Positions 10,161-22,728 of a stretch of DNA of 64,000 nt are shown here, piece by piece. Positions within the stretch are counted from its first letter, which is position 1; each line of letters starts with the position of its first letter. Position numbers and translations under genes: made by a program. The DNA is from Pristiophorus japonicus (Eukaryota): positions 318,618,001 to 318,682,000 of the forward strand of contig NC_091979.1 in NCBI RefSeq assembly GCF_044704955.1, read 5' to 3'. The notes beneath the pieces were generated by a model. The model had not been told where the DNA came from and ran no database searches. It was given only the letters and a program-made list of their open reading frames with translations.

Positions 10161-12772
10161 AATCTACAACGCAGAAGGAGGCCATTTCGGCCCATCGTGT
10201 CCACACCGGCCGACAAAGAAACATACGGCCCTCAGTCAGCAGCCCTGAAAGTTACATATAAACGTATGAACAATGAACAATGGCAGAAAGGTAAAGAGCA
10301 CCCAGCCCAACCAGTCTGCCCCACACAACTGCGACACCCCTTGCACCGAAACATTCTACACTCCTCCCCAACCGGAGCCATGTGATCTCCTGGGAAAGGC
10401 AAAAAACAGATAAAAACCCAGGTCAATTGGGGAAAAAATATCTCGGAACATTCCTCTCCAACCCATCCAGGTAATCGAAACTCGTCCAGGAGATCACCCT
10501 GGATATATTCGATTCGCTGCAGTACTTACCATCATAGCTGTGCCTGCCAACAACAGGTTATCCAGTCTAATCCCACTTACCAGCTTTAGGTCCATGTAAC
10601 CCTGCAGATTATGGCACTTTAAGTGTCCATCCAAGCACCTTTTAAATGTGTTGAGGGTTTCTACATCCACCACCCTTCCAGGCCCTAAGTTCCAGACCCC
10701 CACAACCCTCTGCTTGAAAAAGCCACCCCTCAAATCCCCTCTGAACCTTCCACCAACCACCTTAAAACTATGCCCCCTCATAATTGAACCCACCACCAAG
10801 GGAAATAGGTCCTTGCTATCCACTATATCCAGACCCCTCAAAATTTTGGACACCTCAATGAGGTCTCCTCTCAACATCCTCTGTTCCAATGAGAACAAAC
10901 CCAGCCTATCCAATGATGTGGTATATTTGGACTTTCAGAAGGCTTTCGACAAGGTCCCACACAAGAGATTAATGTGCAAAGTTAAAGCACATGGGATTGG
11001 GGGTAGTGTGCTGACGTGGATTGAGAACTGGTTGTCAGACAGGAAGCAAAGAGTAGGAGTAAATGGGTACTTTTCAGAATGGCAGGCAGTGACTAGTGGG
11101 GTACCACAAGGTTCTGTGCTGGGGCCCCAGCTGTTTACATTGTACATTAATGATTTAGATGAGGGGATTAAATGTAGTATCTCCAAATTTGCGGATGACA
11201 CTAAGTTGGGTGGCAGTGTGAGCTGCGAGGAGGATGCTATGAGGCTGCAGAGTGACTTGGATAGGTTAGGTGAGTGGGCAAATGAATGGCAGATGAAGTA
11301 TAATGTGGATAAATGTGAGGTTATCCACTTTGGTGGTAAAAACAGAGAGACAGACTATTATCTGAATGGTGACAGATTAGTAAAAGGGAAGGTGCAACGA
11401 GACCTGGGTGTCATGGTACATCAGTCATTGAAGGTTGGCATGCAGGTACAGCAGGCGGTTAAGAAAGCAAATGGCATGTTGGCCTTCATAGCGAGGGGAT
11501 TTGAGTACAGGGGCTGGGAGGTGTTGCTACAGTTGTACAGGGCCTTGGTGAGGCCACACCTGGAGTATTGTGTACAGTTTTGGTCTCCTAACTTGAGGAA
11601 GGACATTCTTGCTATTGAGAGAGTGCAGCGAAGATTCACCAGACTGATTCCCGGGATGGTGGGACTGACCTATCAAGAAAGACTGGATCAACTGGGCTTG
11701 TATTCACTGGAGTTCAGAAGAATGAGAGGGGACCTCATAGAAACGTTTAAAATTCTGACGGGTTTAGACAGGTTAGATGCAGGAAGAATGTTCCCAATGT
11801 TGGGGAAGTCACAGTCTAAGGATAAGGGGTAAGCCATTTAGGACCGAGATGAGGAGAAACTTCTTCACCCAGAGAGTGGTGAACCTGTGGAATTCTCTAC
11901 CACAGAAAGTAGTTGAGGCCAAATCACTAAATATATTCAAAAGGGAGTTAGATGAAGTCCTTACTACTCGGGGGATCAAGGGGTATGGCGAGAAAGCAGG
12001 AAGGGGGTACTGAAGTTTCATGTTCAGCCATGAACTGATTGAATGATGGTGCAGGCGAGAAGGGCTGAATGGCCTGATCCTGCATCTATTTTCTATGTTT
12101 CTATGTTTCTATCCTCATAGCTAAGTTTCTCCATTCCAGGCAGCATCCTAGCAAATGTCCTCTGCACCCTCTCTATTGCAATCACGTCCTTTCTATAATA
12201 TGGCGACCAGAACTGCACGCAGTACTCCAGCTGTGGCCTAACCAAAGTATTATACATTTTAAGCATAACCTCCCTGCTCTTGTATTATGTGCCTCAGCCA
12301 AGAAAGGCAACCATTCCGTATGCCTTCTTCACCACCTTATCCACCTGGCCTGCTACTTTCAGGGATCTGTGGACAAGCACTCCAAGATCCCTTTATTCAT
12401 CTACACTTTTACCGGTTAATGTGTATACCCTTTCCTTATTAGCCCTCTCAAAGTGCATTACCTCATACTTATCCAAATTAAATTCCATTTGCCACTGCTC
12501 TGCCCACCTGACCATTAGATTGATATCCTCCTGCAGTCCATGACTTTCTGCTTCATTAACGACCACACAGCCAATTTTGGTGTCACCTGCAAACTTCTTA
12601 ATCATACTCCCGATAATCAAATCTAGATCATTGATGTATACCACAAAAAGCAAGGAACCCAGTACTGAGCCCTGCGGACCCCACTGGAAACATCCTTCCA
12701 GTCACAAAAACATCCATTTACCATTACCCTTTGCTTCTTACCGCTGAACCAATTTTGGATCCAACTAGCATG
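10161..12772 (-). mobile_element. CR1 LINE (5'-truncated), split by a nested CR1 at 10915-12112
   Basis: Minus-strand ORF2 pieces LGLFSLEQRMLRGDLIEV (10494-10913) and YINDLD..KFAGDTK..WQMEFN (12393-12653). The sequence is continuous across the nested insert (ccagcctatccaat / cctcatagc). Confidence 0.88.
10915..12112 (+). mobile_element. Young CR1 LINE 3' portion (RT C-terminal half)
   Basis: DVVYLDFQKAFDKVPH..GVPQGSVLGP..KFADDTKL is open almost to the end, followed by a (ttctatgt)n tail. Confidence 0.95.
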
Positions 12773-13870
12773 TTGGCATGGATAGAGGATTGGCTGACGA
12801 ACAAAAACAGAGAGTCGGGATAAATGGGTCATTTTCTGGTTGGCAAACAGTGACGAGTGGGGTGCCGCAGGGATCGTTGCTGCGGCCTCAAGTATTTACA
12901 ATCTATATTAATGACTTGGATGAAGGGACCGAGTGTAATGTAGCCAAGTTTGCTGATGATACAAAGATGGGTGGGAAAGCAAATAGTGAGGAGGACACAA
13001 AAAATCTGCAAAGGGATATAGACAGGCTAAGTGAGTGGGCAAACATTTGGCAGATATAGTATAATGTGGGAAAATGTGAGGTTATCCACTTTGGCAGAAA
13101 AAATAGAAAAGCAAATTATAATTTAAATGAAAAAAAATTGCAAAGTGCTGCTGTACAGAGGGAACTGGGGGTCCTTGTGCATGAAACACACAAAGTTAGT
13201 ATGCAAGTAATCAGGAAGGCAAATGGAATGTTGGTCTTTATTGCAAGGGGGATAGAGTATAAAAGCAGCAAAGTCCTGCTACAACTGTACAGGATATTGG
13301 TGAGGCCAACCTATCGAGTACTGCGTACAATTTTGGCTTCCATATTTAAGAAAGGATATACTTGCATTGGAGGCTGTTCAGAGAAGGTTCACTTGGTTGA
13401 TTCCGCAGTTGAGGGGGTTGACTTATGGAGGTAGGTTGAGTAAGTTGGGCCAATACTCATTGGAGTTCAGAAGAATGAGAGGTATCTTATCGAAAAATAA
13501 GATAATGAGGGGGCTTGACAAGGTGGATGCAGAGAGGATATTTCCACTCATCGGGGAAACTAAAACTAGGGCACATAGTCTCAGAATAAGGGGCCACCCA
13601 TTTAAAACTGAGTTGAGGAGGAATTTCTTCTCTCAGAGGGTTGTAAATCTATGGAATTCTCTGCCCCAGAGCACTGTGGAGGCTGGGTCATTGAATATAT
13701 TTAAGGAGGAGATATACAGATTTTTGAGCGATAAGGGAACAAGGAGTTATGGGGAGCGGTCAGGGATGTGGAGCTGAGTCCATTATCAGATCAGCCTTAA
13801 TATTAAATGGCGGAGCAGGTTCATGGGGCCAGGTGGCCTACTCCTGCTCCTATTTCTTATGTTCTTATGT
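12770..13870 (+). mobile_element. CR1 LINE 3' portion, degenerate
   Basis: GVPQGSLLRP..KFADDTK..FFSQRVVNLWNSLP, followed by a (ttcttatg)n tail. Confidence 0.92.
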
Positions 13871-13871
13871 C

Positions 13872-14175
13872 ATTATGTCCTGATAAACAGCAGGCAGTGT
13901 CTTTGCAGTTTGGGTTATTTGAACTGCACTAGAAAGGATCTAAATCAAATGCAATCACCCATTTTCTGGAAGGACTTACAATTGAACAAGGCACAAAAGG
14001 TTGGCAATTGTGTCACGAAAATTTGAGAAAGATTGTATCAAAACAAATTGACAGGAATCCCAGAGACAGCAAGGCCTTTGGTGTTCCTGGGTTACTGCAC
14101 CAGCTGGATGGGGAGAAGTGCGAAGCTATTGAATGCTTTGAAAAGGCCTTGGAGTTTGATTATGACAAAAAATAA
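13872..14175 (+). pseudogene. IFIT: IFIT pseudogene exon 2, 3' part
   Basis: Translates as LCPDKQQAVSLQFGLFELH*KGSKSNAITHFLEGLTI..RNPRDSKAFGVPGLLHQLDGEKCEAIECFEKALEFDYDKK*, the C-terminal TPRs of IFIT. It is absent from the ORF track because of the internal stop. Confidence 0.88.
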
Positions 14176-14379
14176 GCATTTTTAATAGAAGTGCCCAGCC
14201 TTTCACCTGTGGGAAACCTGATTTAAGATAACTGAAATGTCTGAAAAGAAAACTATACTGAGCCATTTATTAGTTTCATTGTTATACATTAGTCAGTTTG
14301 TAAGTCAATAAAGTATGTTTAATATGTAAAACTTTTAAATCATGCCGACTAGTGCCTGGTGCCTAAGACAATTAGTTTA

Positions 14380-14615
14380 ATTTGAAAACCTTCCTCGAAC
14401 GGGTGCAATCGGTGGAAACTCGCCATCCTCGTTATTTCTATCTGTGGGCCGGGCCAGTTTTGTAGATTTTTAAACCAGTGTTAAAGATCACGGAATACTT
14501 GATTTACACTTGATGTAAATCATGCTCGAGTTCCCGTGATCTTTTGCGCTGGTTGAGCAGTTTTCACCGGATTGTGCTGATAAAACTATCACAAATTAGC
14601 AGAGACTCTACCCCA
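14380..14615. mobile_element. Palindromic MITE-like remnant
   Basis: Imperfect hairpin centred near 14510 (aaccag..aaagatcacgg..gatttaca / tgtaaatc..ccgtgatcttt..ctggtt). Confidence 0.45.
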
Positions 14616-15469
14616 GTGTTTGAAAGATGCTGTGATGCTCTCTGATCAATGAACAAGTTTGGCAGCATACTCATCCGACTTACCTTATTTAATATATACT
14701 GTTAATATTTTTATTCGAAGCAGCCTTTTGCTTCAGTATTTGTGAGTACAGTCCCCACCGATTTCCCCGCTTTGTACGGGATGGTCGGTATCACGCCTGA
14801 ATAAAGATTATGTTCTCTCTCTCCGGGAAATGAGCCGCCCACAGCTCCCTGATTTCCAGCCTCTTCAATGGAAGCGGTTAATTTCTACCGCGTGACTTAT
14901 GGATAAATGATAAAGTAATAGATTAAAATGGTTAAAAAATAATAAAGCTTTATAGTTGCAGAGATAGCTTTTCCCAGCAGAAATGTTAATTTGCTGTAAT
15001 ATCAGAGACTGAGTGTTAAAATAACCAATAAAAATAAACTGTAGTTACGATTTTATTTGTGTCATTGATCTGCGCTAATGCTGACAGTAAGTGTCACTCA
15101 TAGTCCATACTTTGTGATAGTGAACTGTACCAGCTCTGTAAGGAACATTCAGACCAGCCTTTAACACAGGCAGTAAACTGAACAGCTGTTGATTGTGGAG
15201 TGACACATGGCCCTTACACTGCTAGCTGTAGCCATAATGCTATTAGAGAAAGGTTAGGGAGGAATGGTTGGGAAAGTTCCGTGGAATTGGACAGTGGAAG
15301 AACCTAACATTGGGAGAGGTGCAGATGCCTCACACCATATTTACACCGAATGGAAAATCACCTCCTTGAAACAGCACCAGAAACAGCCTTTCTGTGGAGG
15401 TTTTCTCAGGTCCGTGCAATGCTGGAAACTGAACTTAAGGTATTGGAGATGATACACAGTCACCTGAGG

Positions 15470-16140
15470 GGCTAAACTGGATCGCCCTGAAGACGGGATC
15501 AGAGATCATGAAGCGTGATTAACCCACGCCCGTTGATTGAAATGCAGGCAGCACGCCAACTTGGTGCTGCGCCAACCGGCACCTCTTAAAGGGGTGCTGC
15601 ATTGTGGCTGGAGCAGGTGCTGGGGGTCGTGGTTGAAGAGATTCTGACCTGGGAAAGAGGAAAGGCACAACAGGGGAGCTAGCGGTCTCCAAGTTATTGG
15701 GACGTTGCACTGAAGGCCTTGATGGAGGATGTGGAAAGGAGGCGCGATGTCCTGAATCCACAGGGGGGAAGGCAGCCCTCCAGACACACGGTCAAAAGGA
15801 AGTGGAAGCAGATAGCCGTGGTGGTCAGTGCCCGGAGTCAAGCCCCGAGGACCCGCATACAGTGCCGCAAGAAGTTCAGTGACCTCACATGAGTGGTCAA
15901 GGTCAGTGAATGCATCTTCAAATACCATGTCTTCCCAACTGCAACAGGAGCCACACCCACTGCTCAATTCACCACATCCCCATCACTCACCTCCCAACAA
16001 TCTCTCTCAGTCAGGCTTCATACCTGACATAGCTTCACCTCACCCTCACATACTTCACACTGCCGCAAGCCTCACACTCACATCTCACAGCTTGCACATA
16101 CTGCTAGCTATTCAACCATGACAGCCACATCAGTCAAACA
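15470..16140 (+). mobile_element. Harbinger fragment with a Myb/SANT-like exon
   Basis: ~15705-15900 reads ALKALMEDVERRRDVL..KWKQIAVVVSARSQAPRTRIQCRKKFSDLT*VVK, followed by a gtcagt donor. Confidence 0.75.
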
Positions 16141-16276
16141 GATTGCCCTGGAGTCTGTCTGCATTGAAGGTTAATCTCCAGCACACTGCTGTGAGCAACT
16201 AGGGAGAACATTCACGGGGACATGAAATAAATGGTGTGTTTTTAACATTTTCTTTGAATCCTTTTATTTATTAGTA

Positions 16277-17643
16277 CAGGTACAACGTCTGAAATCCGCT
16301 GTTGGCGCTCCTCGCCATCGGCCAATCCTCCGCTCCTCACCGCCGGCCAATCCTCCACTCCTCGCCATCGGCCAATCCTCCGCTCCTCGCCATCGGCCAA
16401 TCCTCCGCTCCTCACCGCCGGCCAATCCTCCGCTCCTCGCCATCGGCCGATCCTCCGCTCCTCACCGCCGGCCAATCCCCCGCTCCTCACCGCCGGCCAA
16501 TCCTCCGCTCCTCACCACCGGCCAATCCTCCGCTTCTCACCGCCGGCCAATCCTCCGCTCCTCACCGCCGGCCAATCCTCCGCTCCTCACCGCCGGCCAA
16601 TCCCCCGCTCCTCACCGCCGGCCGATCCTCCGCTCCTCACCACCGGCCGATCCTCCGCTCCTCACCGCCGGCCAATCCCCCGCTCCTCACCGCCGGCCAA
16701 TCCTCCGCTCCTCACCGCCGGCCAATCCCCCGCTCCTCACCGCCGGCCAATCCTCCGCTCCTCACCACCGGCCAATCCTCCGCTCCTCACCACCGGCCAA
16801 TCCTCCGCTCCTCACCGCCGGCCGATCCTCCGCTCCTCACCGCCAGCCGATCCTCCGCTCCTCACCACCGGCCAATCCTCCGCTCCTCACCGCCGGCCGA
16901 TCCTCCACTCCTCACCGCCGGCCAATCCTCCGCTCCTCACCACCGGCCAATCCCCCGCTCCTCACCACCGGCCAATCCTCCGCTCCTCACCGCCGGCCAA
17001 TCCTCCGCTCCTCACCACCGGCCAATCCCCCGCTCCTCACCACCGGCCAATCCTCCGCTCCTCACCACCGGCCAATCCTCCGCTCCTCACCGCCGGCCAA
17101 TCCCCCGCTCCTCACCACCGGCCAATCCTCCGCTCCTCACCGCCGGCCAATCCTCCGCTCCTCACCACCGGCCGATCCTCCGCTCCTCACCACCGGCCAA
17201 TCCTCCGCTCCTCACCGCCGGCCAATCCCCCGCTCCTCACCGCCGGCCAATCCTCCGCTCCTCACCGCCGGCCGATCCTTCTCTCCTCGCCACCGGCCGA
17301 TCCTCCGCTCCTCACCGCCGGCCGATCCTCCGCTCCTCACCGCCGGCCAATCCTCCGCTCCTCACCGCCGGCCGATCCTTCTCTCCTCGCCACCGGCCGA
17401 TCCTCCGCTCCTCACCGCCGGCCGATCCTCCGCTCCTCACCGCCGGCCAATCCTCCGCTCCTCACCGCCGGCCGATCCTTCACTCCTCGCCACCGGCCGA
17501 TCCCCCGCTCCTCGCTGGCCGCCGATTCTCACTGGCCGTGGCCCCCCGGCACTGCCCTCCGTTGCCACCTTGGCCGCTTCAAAACTGTCCAATTTTCGGA
17601 CAATTCTGGTTTTGGGAATTCTGGATTCTGGACGTTGTACCTG
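16277..17643. mobile_element. Non-autonomous Tc1/mariner (pogo/Tigger-like) element carrying a minisatellite
   Basis: TIRs caggtacaacgtctgaaatcc (16277) and ggattctggacgttgtacctg (ends 17643). TA precedes the left end; the right flank reads GA. Confidence 0.7.
16305..17522. repeat. 25-bp GC-rich minisatellite (ccggccaatcctccgctcctcaccg), ~48 copies
   Basis: Direct periodicity; the ORF 16302-17651 has a 25-aa period equal to three units. Confidence 0.95.
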
Positions 17644-18650
17644 GAATATAAATATTGGAGGTGGGGAAAAAGGCTGCTGTCTCACAATAAAAAATCATCC
17701 AATCAGGTTCTGGAGTCTGTTCCCTTTCCTATTGGTGGGGGAATGTGTGAGGATGTGCGAGTCCGGTAATCACTGATGGGAGCTCAGGGTGGGGCTATTG
17801 GAGGTGGGAGGTCATGTGATAAAACATCCAGGAATACGTCCAACCAGAGTTGGCAACACTACTTCAACCATCCCAGCAGCTTTTTTCATGATAGCTTTGA
17901 AATACCATTATATCTTCCTGAGCTGGGTTTTCCTCCAGGAAGGGTTTGTGTCAGAGGTGGGTCAAGCGGGGCTTCCACCGAACACTCTGACCCACGTCAA
18001 CCGACCCATTTTCCTGGGTTGGGGCTCATTAGACCCGCAGGGCAGGCTCCCAGCGGGATCTCCGTTACACTTCAAGGAGCCACCACTGATAGCCAGGGAA
18101 TGGTGGCATCGCACAGCAACACCAGAGAGAGGAACATCCACCATTAACGGGGGCAGAAACACCCCAAAGAATAGCAGCGCAATTTTACTTACCGCTTCAG
18201 AATGAGCAGCATTTGTACAAACTGAGTGACTGGGGACAGAAGCGAGGGAGAGGTGCCCACTGTTGGGCCTTCTCTGTCCATAAGGGCGTTCTGCTACTTC
18301 CCCAGCCTGTATTATAAATATATCTAGATAGCAATACAAGTTGTTGTTGTATTGCCGGCCCTCACCTGGTGGCCCGTTTCCCACTCCCTGCCCCCCTCAC
18401 CCCACCAACATATCAAATGGGGTATGGGGGGACTTTCTGGTGGTGCTCTGAGGAGTGAGGTTCTGGCGGTCGGCTTCCGCACCCCATTTTCATCCTTCCC
18501 CATTTTTGGGTGGTGCAACTGAAGTAAAACCAGACCCTTGTTTCTCACTCAGTGGTGGATGTGTGAGTCGACTGTTAATTCTATAGTCACCATTTTAATT
18601 CTACCAATCTGGAGTTATTAATTTGCAAAAAATAAACTTTAAAAATATAA

Positions 18651-19090
18651 AGGCCTAGAAATTCGTTAGCCCCCGAAAACGGGCGCGGGGATCGCGATGT
18701 GCGATCAACACACGCCAGTTGTGGGGAATGCAAGCAACACACGAACTTCATACTGCCTGCTCATTTCCATGGTTATGGCATTCAGCCCAGTGTCGAACGT
18801 GCTGCTGAGTGGCTGAATGCTCAGCACGGGACCCAAGGTCGTGCGAGGCTAGTACCACATAAAGCTAGCCTGCACTACTTAAAGGCAGTCTACATTTCTG
18901 AAAGGGGAGGTGCATTCTGTCTGCAGCAGCTCATTGAACTGGCTGGGGAAGACAGTGAGAGGAGGAGAAAAGAAAAATCATGTCACAACAGCGAAGAGAG
19001 CGTGTGGCAAGTTTCTCGGATACAGCACTGGAGGCCTTGGTGTAGGGGGTCAACTCGAGGAGAGAGGTGTTGTTTCCACAGGGAGCCAGG
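18651..19090 (+). mobile_element. Harbinger 5' fragment with the start of a Myb/SANT gene
   Basis: TIR-like ggcctagaaattc at the start; MSQQRRERVASFSDTALEALV*GVNSRREVLFPQ from 18980. Confidence 0.6.
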
Positions 19091-19094
19091 AGAC

Positions 19095-19572
19095 ATTCAT
19101 CACCAAATCACACCATGGTCTCTCACCATACTCCTCTGACACCTCCTCCTTTGAACAGCTCATCTTGTTCCACATCTCTGTCATCTCATGTAATTCCTCA
19201 TTCTCCATCGCCCAGCCAAATACCAAGTAATTTCCACTCAGATATCTTCACAACCTCTTCACCGACTGACTTCTCATCTTTGGTGATTTCAAGTACGTCC
19301 CAACTCAGCTTTCTCTCTCACCTCTGACTTCACTGCCCTCCTATCCTCCCTTAACCTCTCCCTCCATATAAACTCCACAACCCATATTCACGGCCACCCA
19401 CTCGATCTTGCCAGCTCACTTGGCCCATTTTCCACCCTCCATGAACTTGAATTCATCCAAAACTCTGCTGCCCGTACCCCAACTCACACCGTCCCGTTCA
19501 CCCATCACCCCTTTGCTCACTGACATACATTGGCTCCCAGTCTGGCAACGCCTCAATCTTTAAATTCTCATT
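19095..19572 (+). mobile_element. L2 LINE fragments (endonuclease region joined to the 3' region)
   Basis: C/T-rich sequence similar to 20417-20765 and then to 22601-22725. Confidence 0.7.
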
Positions 19573-19889
19573 TGGTGAGAAGGCAGATTGCAAAACAGTT
19601 TTGTTTAAGAGGTTAAGCTTCTAGTTTCACAATCAGGAAACAAATAATCTGGATAATAGAATAACATACACAGGAATTCAGTTGCCAGCTCTGTTCCCCT
19701 TTTGTAACTGACTTTGTGGTCCCGATTTTAACTCCTCCCCCCCGCCTGGCGAAAACCGACAGGCAGGCAGTTAAAATGGAGTGGGGTAATTGCTATGTAA
19801 CCAGGCCGATGAAACTTGAGTTTCCCTGTGTCCATTCTCGTGAGCATTTTGTCTGCCTCTCCGGACCCGAGCCCATCACTTCTACTTGT

Positions 19890-22728
19890 GCTTTTCACTG
19901 ACACTTTATTTTATTTCTCTTTACCCTTCATTGATCCCTCACTTCTGTCGACGTGTCTCCTATCATTTCTCCCCTCTCGGGTACTCGGCCCTCCCAATTC
20001 CCTACTCCAATCCGACAGCTCACCTCCACCTTCCTGCACTCATGCTGCCCTCACAGGTTTGACTGCATCTTAGATAAGCTTACAGCTGCCCCCTGTGCCT
20101 CGCTTGGCACTCTCCGGAGAGCCTAACAAGACACTCAGCATTCTCTCCTTATGAGCAACAACTCAAACTGCCTCATCCTATTCTTCGCTGAGCTTACTAC
20201 TCAGTGTGAGAGCTGGGCATTAACCTTTCCAATCTCCATCCCGTCCCACTCACCCCTCCCAATGCTAACCCTGTGGATGATTGCTGCGACATCAGGGTCT
20301 TGACAGAAACCTGGCTGATGGTTGAAGGTGCCTTCCCCCAAGTGAATCTTTCCCACCAGGCTATACCTTTCACCACTGGCCTCACCCAAACGACCGCTGT
20401 GGCGGTGTGGTATTTATCACCAAATCACACCGAGGTAGTTCTCTGTACTTGTCTGGCATCTTCTCTCCCTTTGACCATCCCACTTTGTTCTACCTCTCTC
20501 AAATCTCATTTAAAATCCTCATTCTCTAACGCCCAGCCAAATACAGAGCCATATTTCCACCGAGATATCTTCACTGCTTTCCTCCCTTAGTCTCTGCACC
20601 AACTGACTTCTCATCTTCGGTGATTTCAACCTCCATCTTAACTCAACATTCTCTCTCACCTCTGAGTTCATTACCCTCATATCCTCACTTAATCTTTCCC
20701 TTCATATAAACTCCCCTACCCATATTCATGGCCATCCCCTCGACCTTGCCTCCTCACTTGGCCTCGCTGTTCCCCCCGTGTCAATCACAGATAAGGCCAT
20801 CTCTGATCACTTCCTAGTATTGCTCACAACACACATCCCCCTTTCCCCTCACAACTTCACTTCGTTCTGTGTCTGCCACTGTAAAAAAAACTCTCCCCAA
20901 GTCACTTAACACTGCACTTTCAAATTCTCAACTGCCTCGCATTTGTCCCTCCATTGATCACAACATTTCTTCATTTACTGATCTGCTCAATCACTCCCTC
21001 ACCTCCACCTCTGATGCTCTTGTCCCCATTTAAACCATTAATGTCTTTCACTCTGGTTCTTCTCCCTGGTACGGCCCTCATCACTGCTCCCTCAAGCCCA
21101 AGGGATGCAGACATGAATTTTTATGGTAAACAAATGGTTTCGCTATTCATTGCCAGCTCTGACTGCAGCATATAAAGTATTATCGGGCCCTGTGCTCCTC
21201 TGCCAAAAATGCTCACCTTTCCACGATCTTTCTGGAAGGCATTGAAAGCCCCTGGCTTCTATTCTATTGACACACAGTCTTCCCAAATCCCTCTTCCTGC
21301 CTCTTCCACCCTCATCTCCAAAAACAAGTGTGAGGAGGTCATATATTTTTTGGTCACAAACATTGAAACCATCCGTTCAGCCGCATCACCTGCTTCCGTC
21401 TTTTCACCGAGCCCACCAGGTCAAACTTCACCTATGGTTTCCCTCTGCTCTAGCCCTGAACTTGCATATTTCTCCATTTCTCCCCAATCTCACCTCATGC
21501 CCACTCCAAGCTCCCCTTGTCTATTCGACCCACCTCCTGCTCACTCGAACCCTATTGTTACCAAATTGATAACCGCCCAACTTCCCTTCCTGGCCCCCAT
21601 AACAGCAGATATTGTTAAATCTCCTCAAGTACTGTCCCCCAGCCCTTCACATCTGCTTTCATCATCCTTCTCCTCAAAAAAAATCATTCCTAACACCTCT
21701 GTCCCTGCAACCCACTGACCCATCTCCAAAATCCTTTCCTCTCCAATGTCCTTGAATGTGCCATCGCCTCCCAAATCCATGCTGATCATTCCCGCAGATC
21801 CATGTTTGAAACCCTACAATCAGTTTTCCTCCAGTACTGATTCGAACCTTATCAAAGTCACAAATGACATCCTATGTGTCTGTGACTGTGTTAAACTAAC
21901 CCTCTTCATTGTTCTCAACCTGTCTACAGCCTTTGACACGGTTGACCACAACATCACTTGCAACACCTCTCCTCCCTCCTCCAGCTGGGTGGGTCTGCAC
22001 TCTCCTGGTTCCATTCTTCTCTATCCAATCATAGTCAGACAATCATCTGCAATGGATTCTCTTCCCACTACCACAGCATTACCTCTGGACTCCCCAAGGA
22101 TCTAGCCCTGGCCCCCTCCTTTACTCTACATCATGCTGCCCCTCGGTGAAATCATCCCACAACACAGCATCAGGTTCCATATCTATGCTGACAACACCCA
22201 GTTCTACCTCACTACCACCTCTCCTGACCCATTCACAGTTTCTAATTGGTCACACTGGTTATCCAAAACTCAGTACTGGATGAGCAGAAATTTCTTCCAA
22301 CTAAATATTGGGAATCTTCACCACAAACTCTGTTCCCAAGCCACTGACTCCATCCCTCTCCCTGGCAACTGTCTGAGGCTGAACCAGTCCACTCGCAACC
22401 TTGGTGTCACATTTGACACCGAGATGAGCTTCCGACCACATGTCAGCTCCATCAGCAAGTCTGCTAACTTCCACCTCAGTAACGTCACACAACTGTACTC
22501 CTGCCTCAGCTCAGCTGCTGCTGGAACCCTCATCCATGCCTTTGTTACCTCTGGCCTTGACTATTCCAATGCTCTCCCGGCCGGCCTCCCATCTGCCATT
22601 CTCCATGAACTTGAATTCTTACAAAATTCTGCTGCCCGTATCCTAACTCACACCGTCCCATTCACCCATCACCCCTTTGCTCACTGATATACATTGGCTC
22701 CCAGCCTGGCAATTTTTAAATTCTCATT
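19890..22728 (+). mobile_element. L2 LINE, degenerate ORF2 (APE endonuclease plus RT)
   Basis: LTETWL, GDFN, SDH; LIKVTNDIL..LNLSTAFDTVDH; FHIYADNTQFY; RNLGVTFD; LIHAFVTSGLDYSNAL. Confidence 0.88.

Noticed and set aside
9754-10248. Functional short IFIT or TPR protein
   Set aside because: A fragment of a pseudogene with an upstream frameshift and stops; its 3' end runs into CR1 sequence.
10648-11832. 394-aa RT ORF as one gene
   Set aside because: A chance fusion of the antisense strand of one CR1 with the sense RT of a nested CR1 starting at 10915.
16302-17651. 449-aa proline-rich ORF; likewise ORFs at 43869-45149, 47339-48603 and 49289-50738
   Set aside because: All are minisatellite translations with no independent coding evidence.
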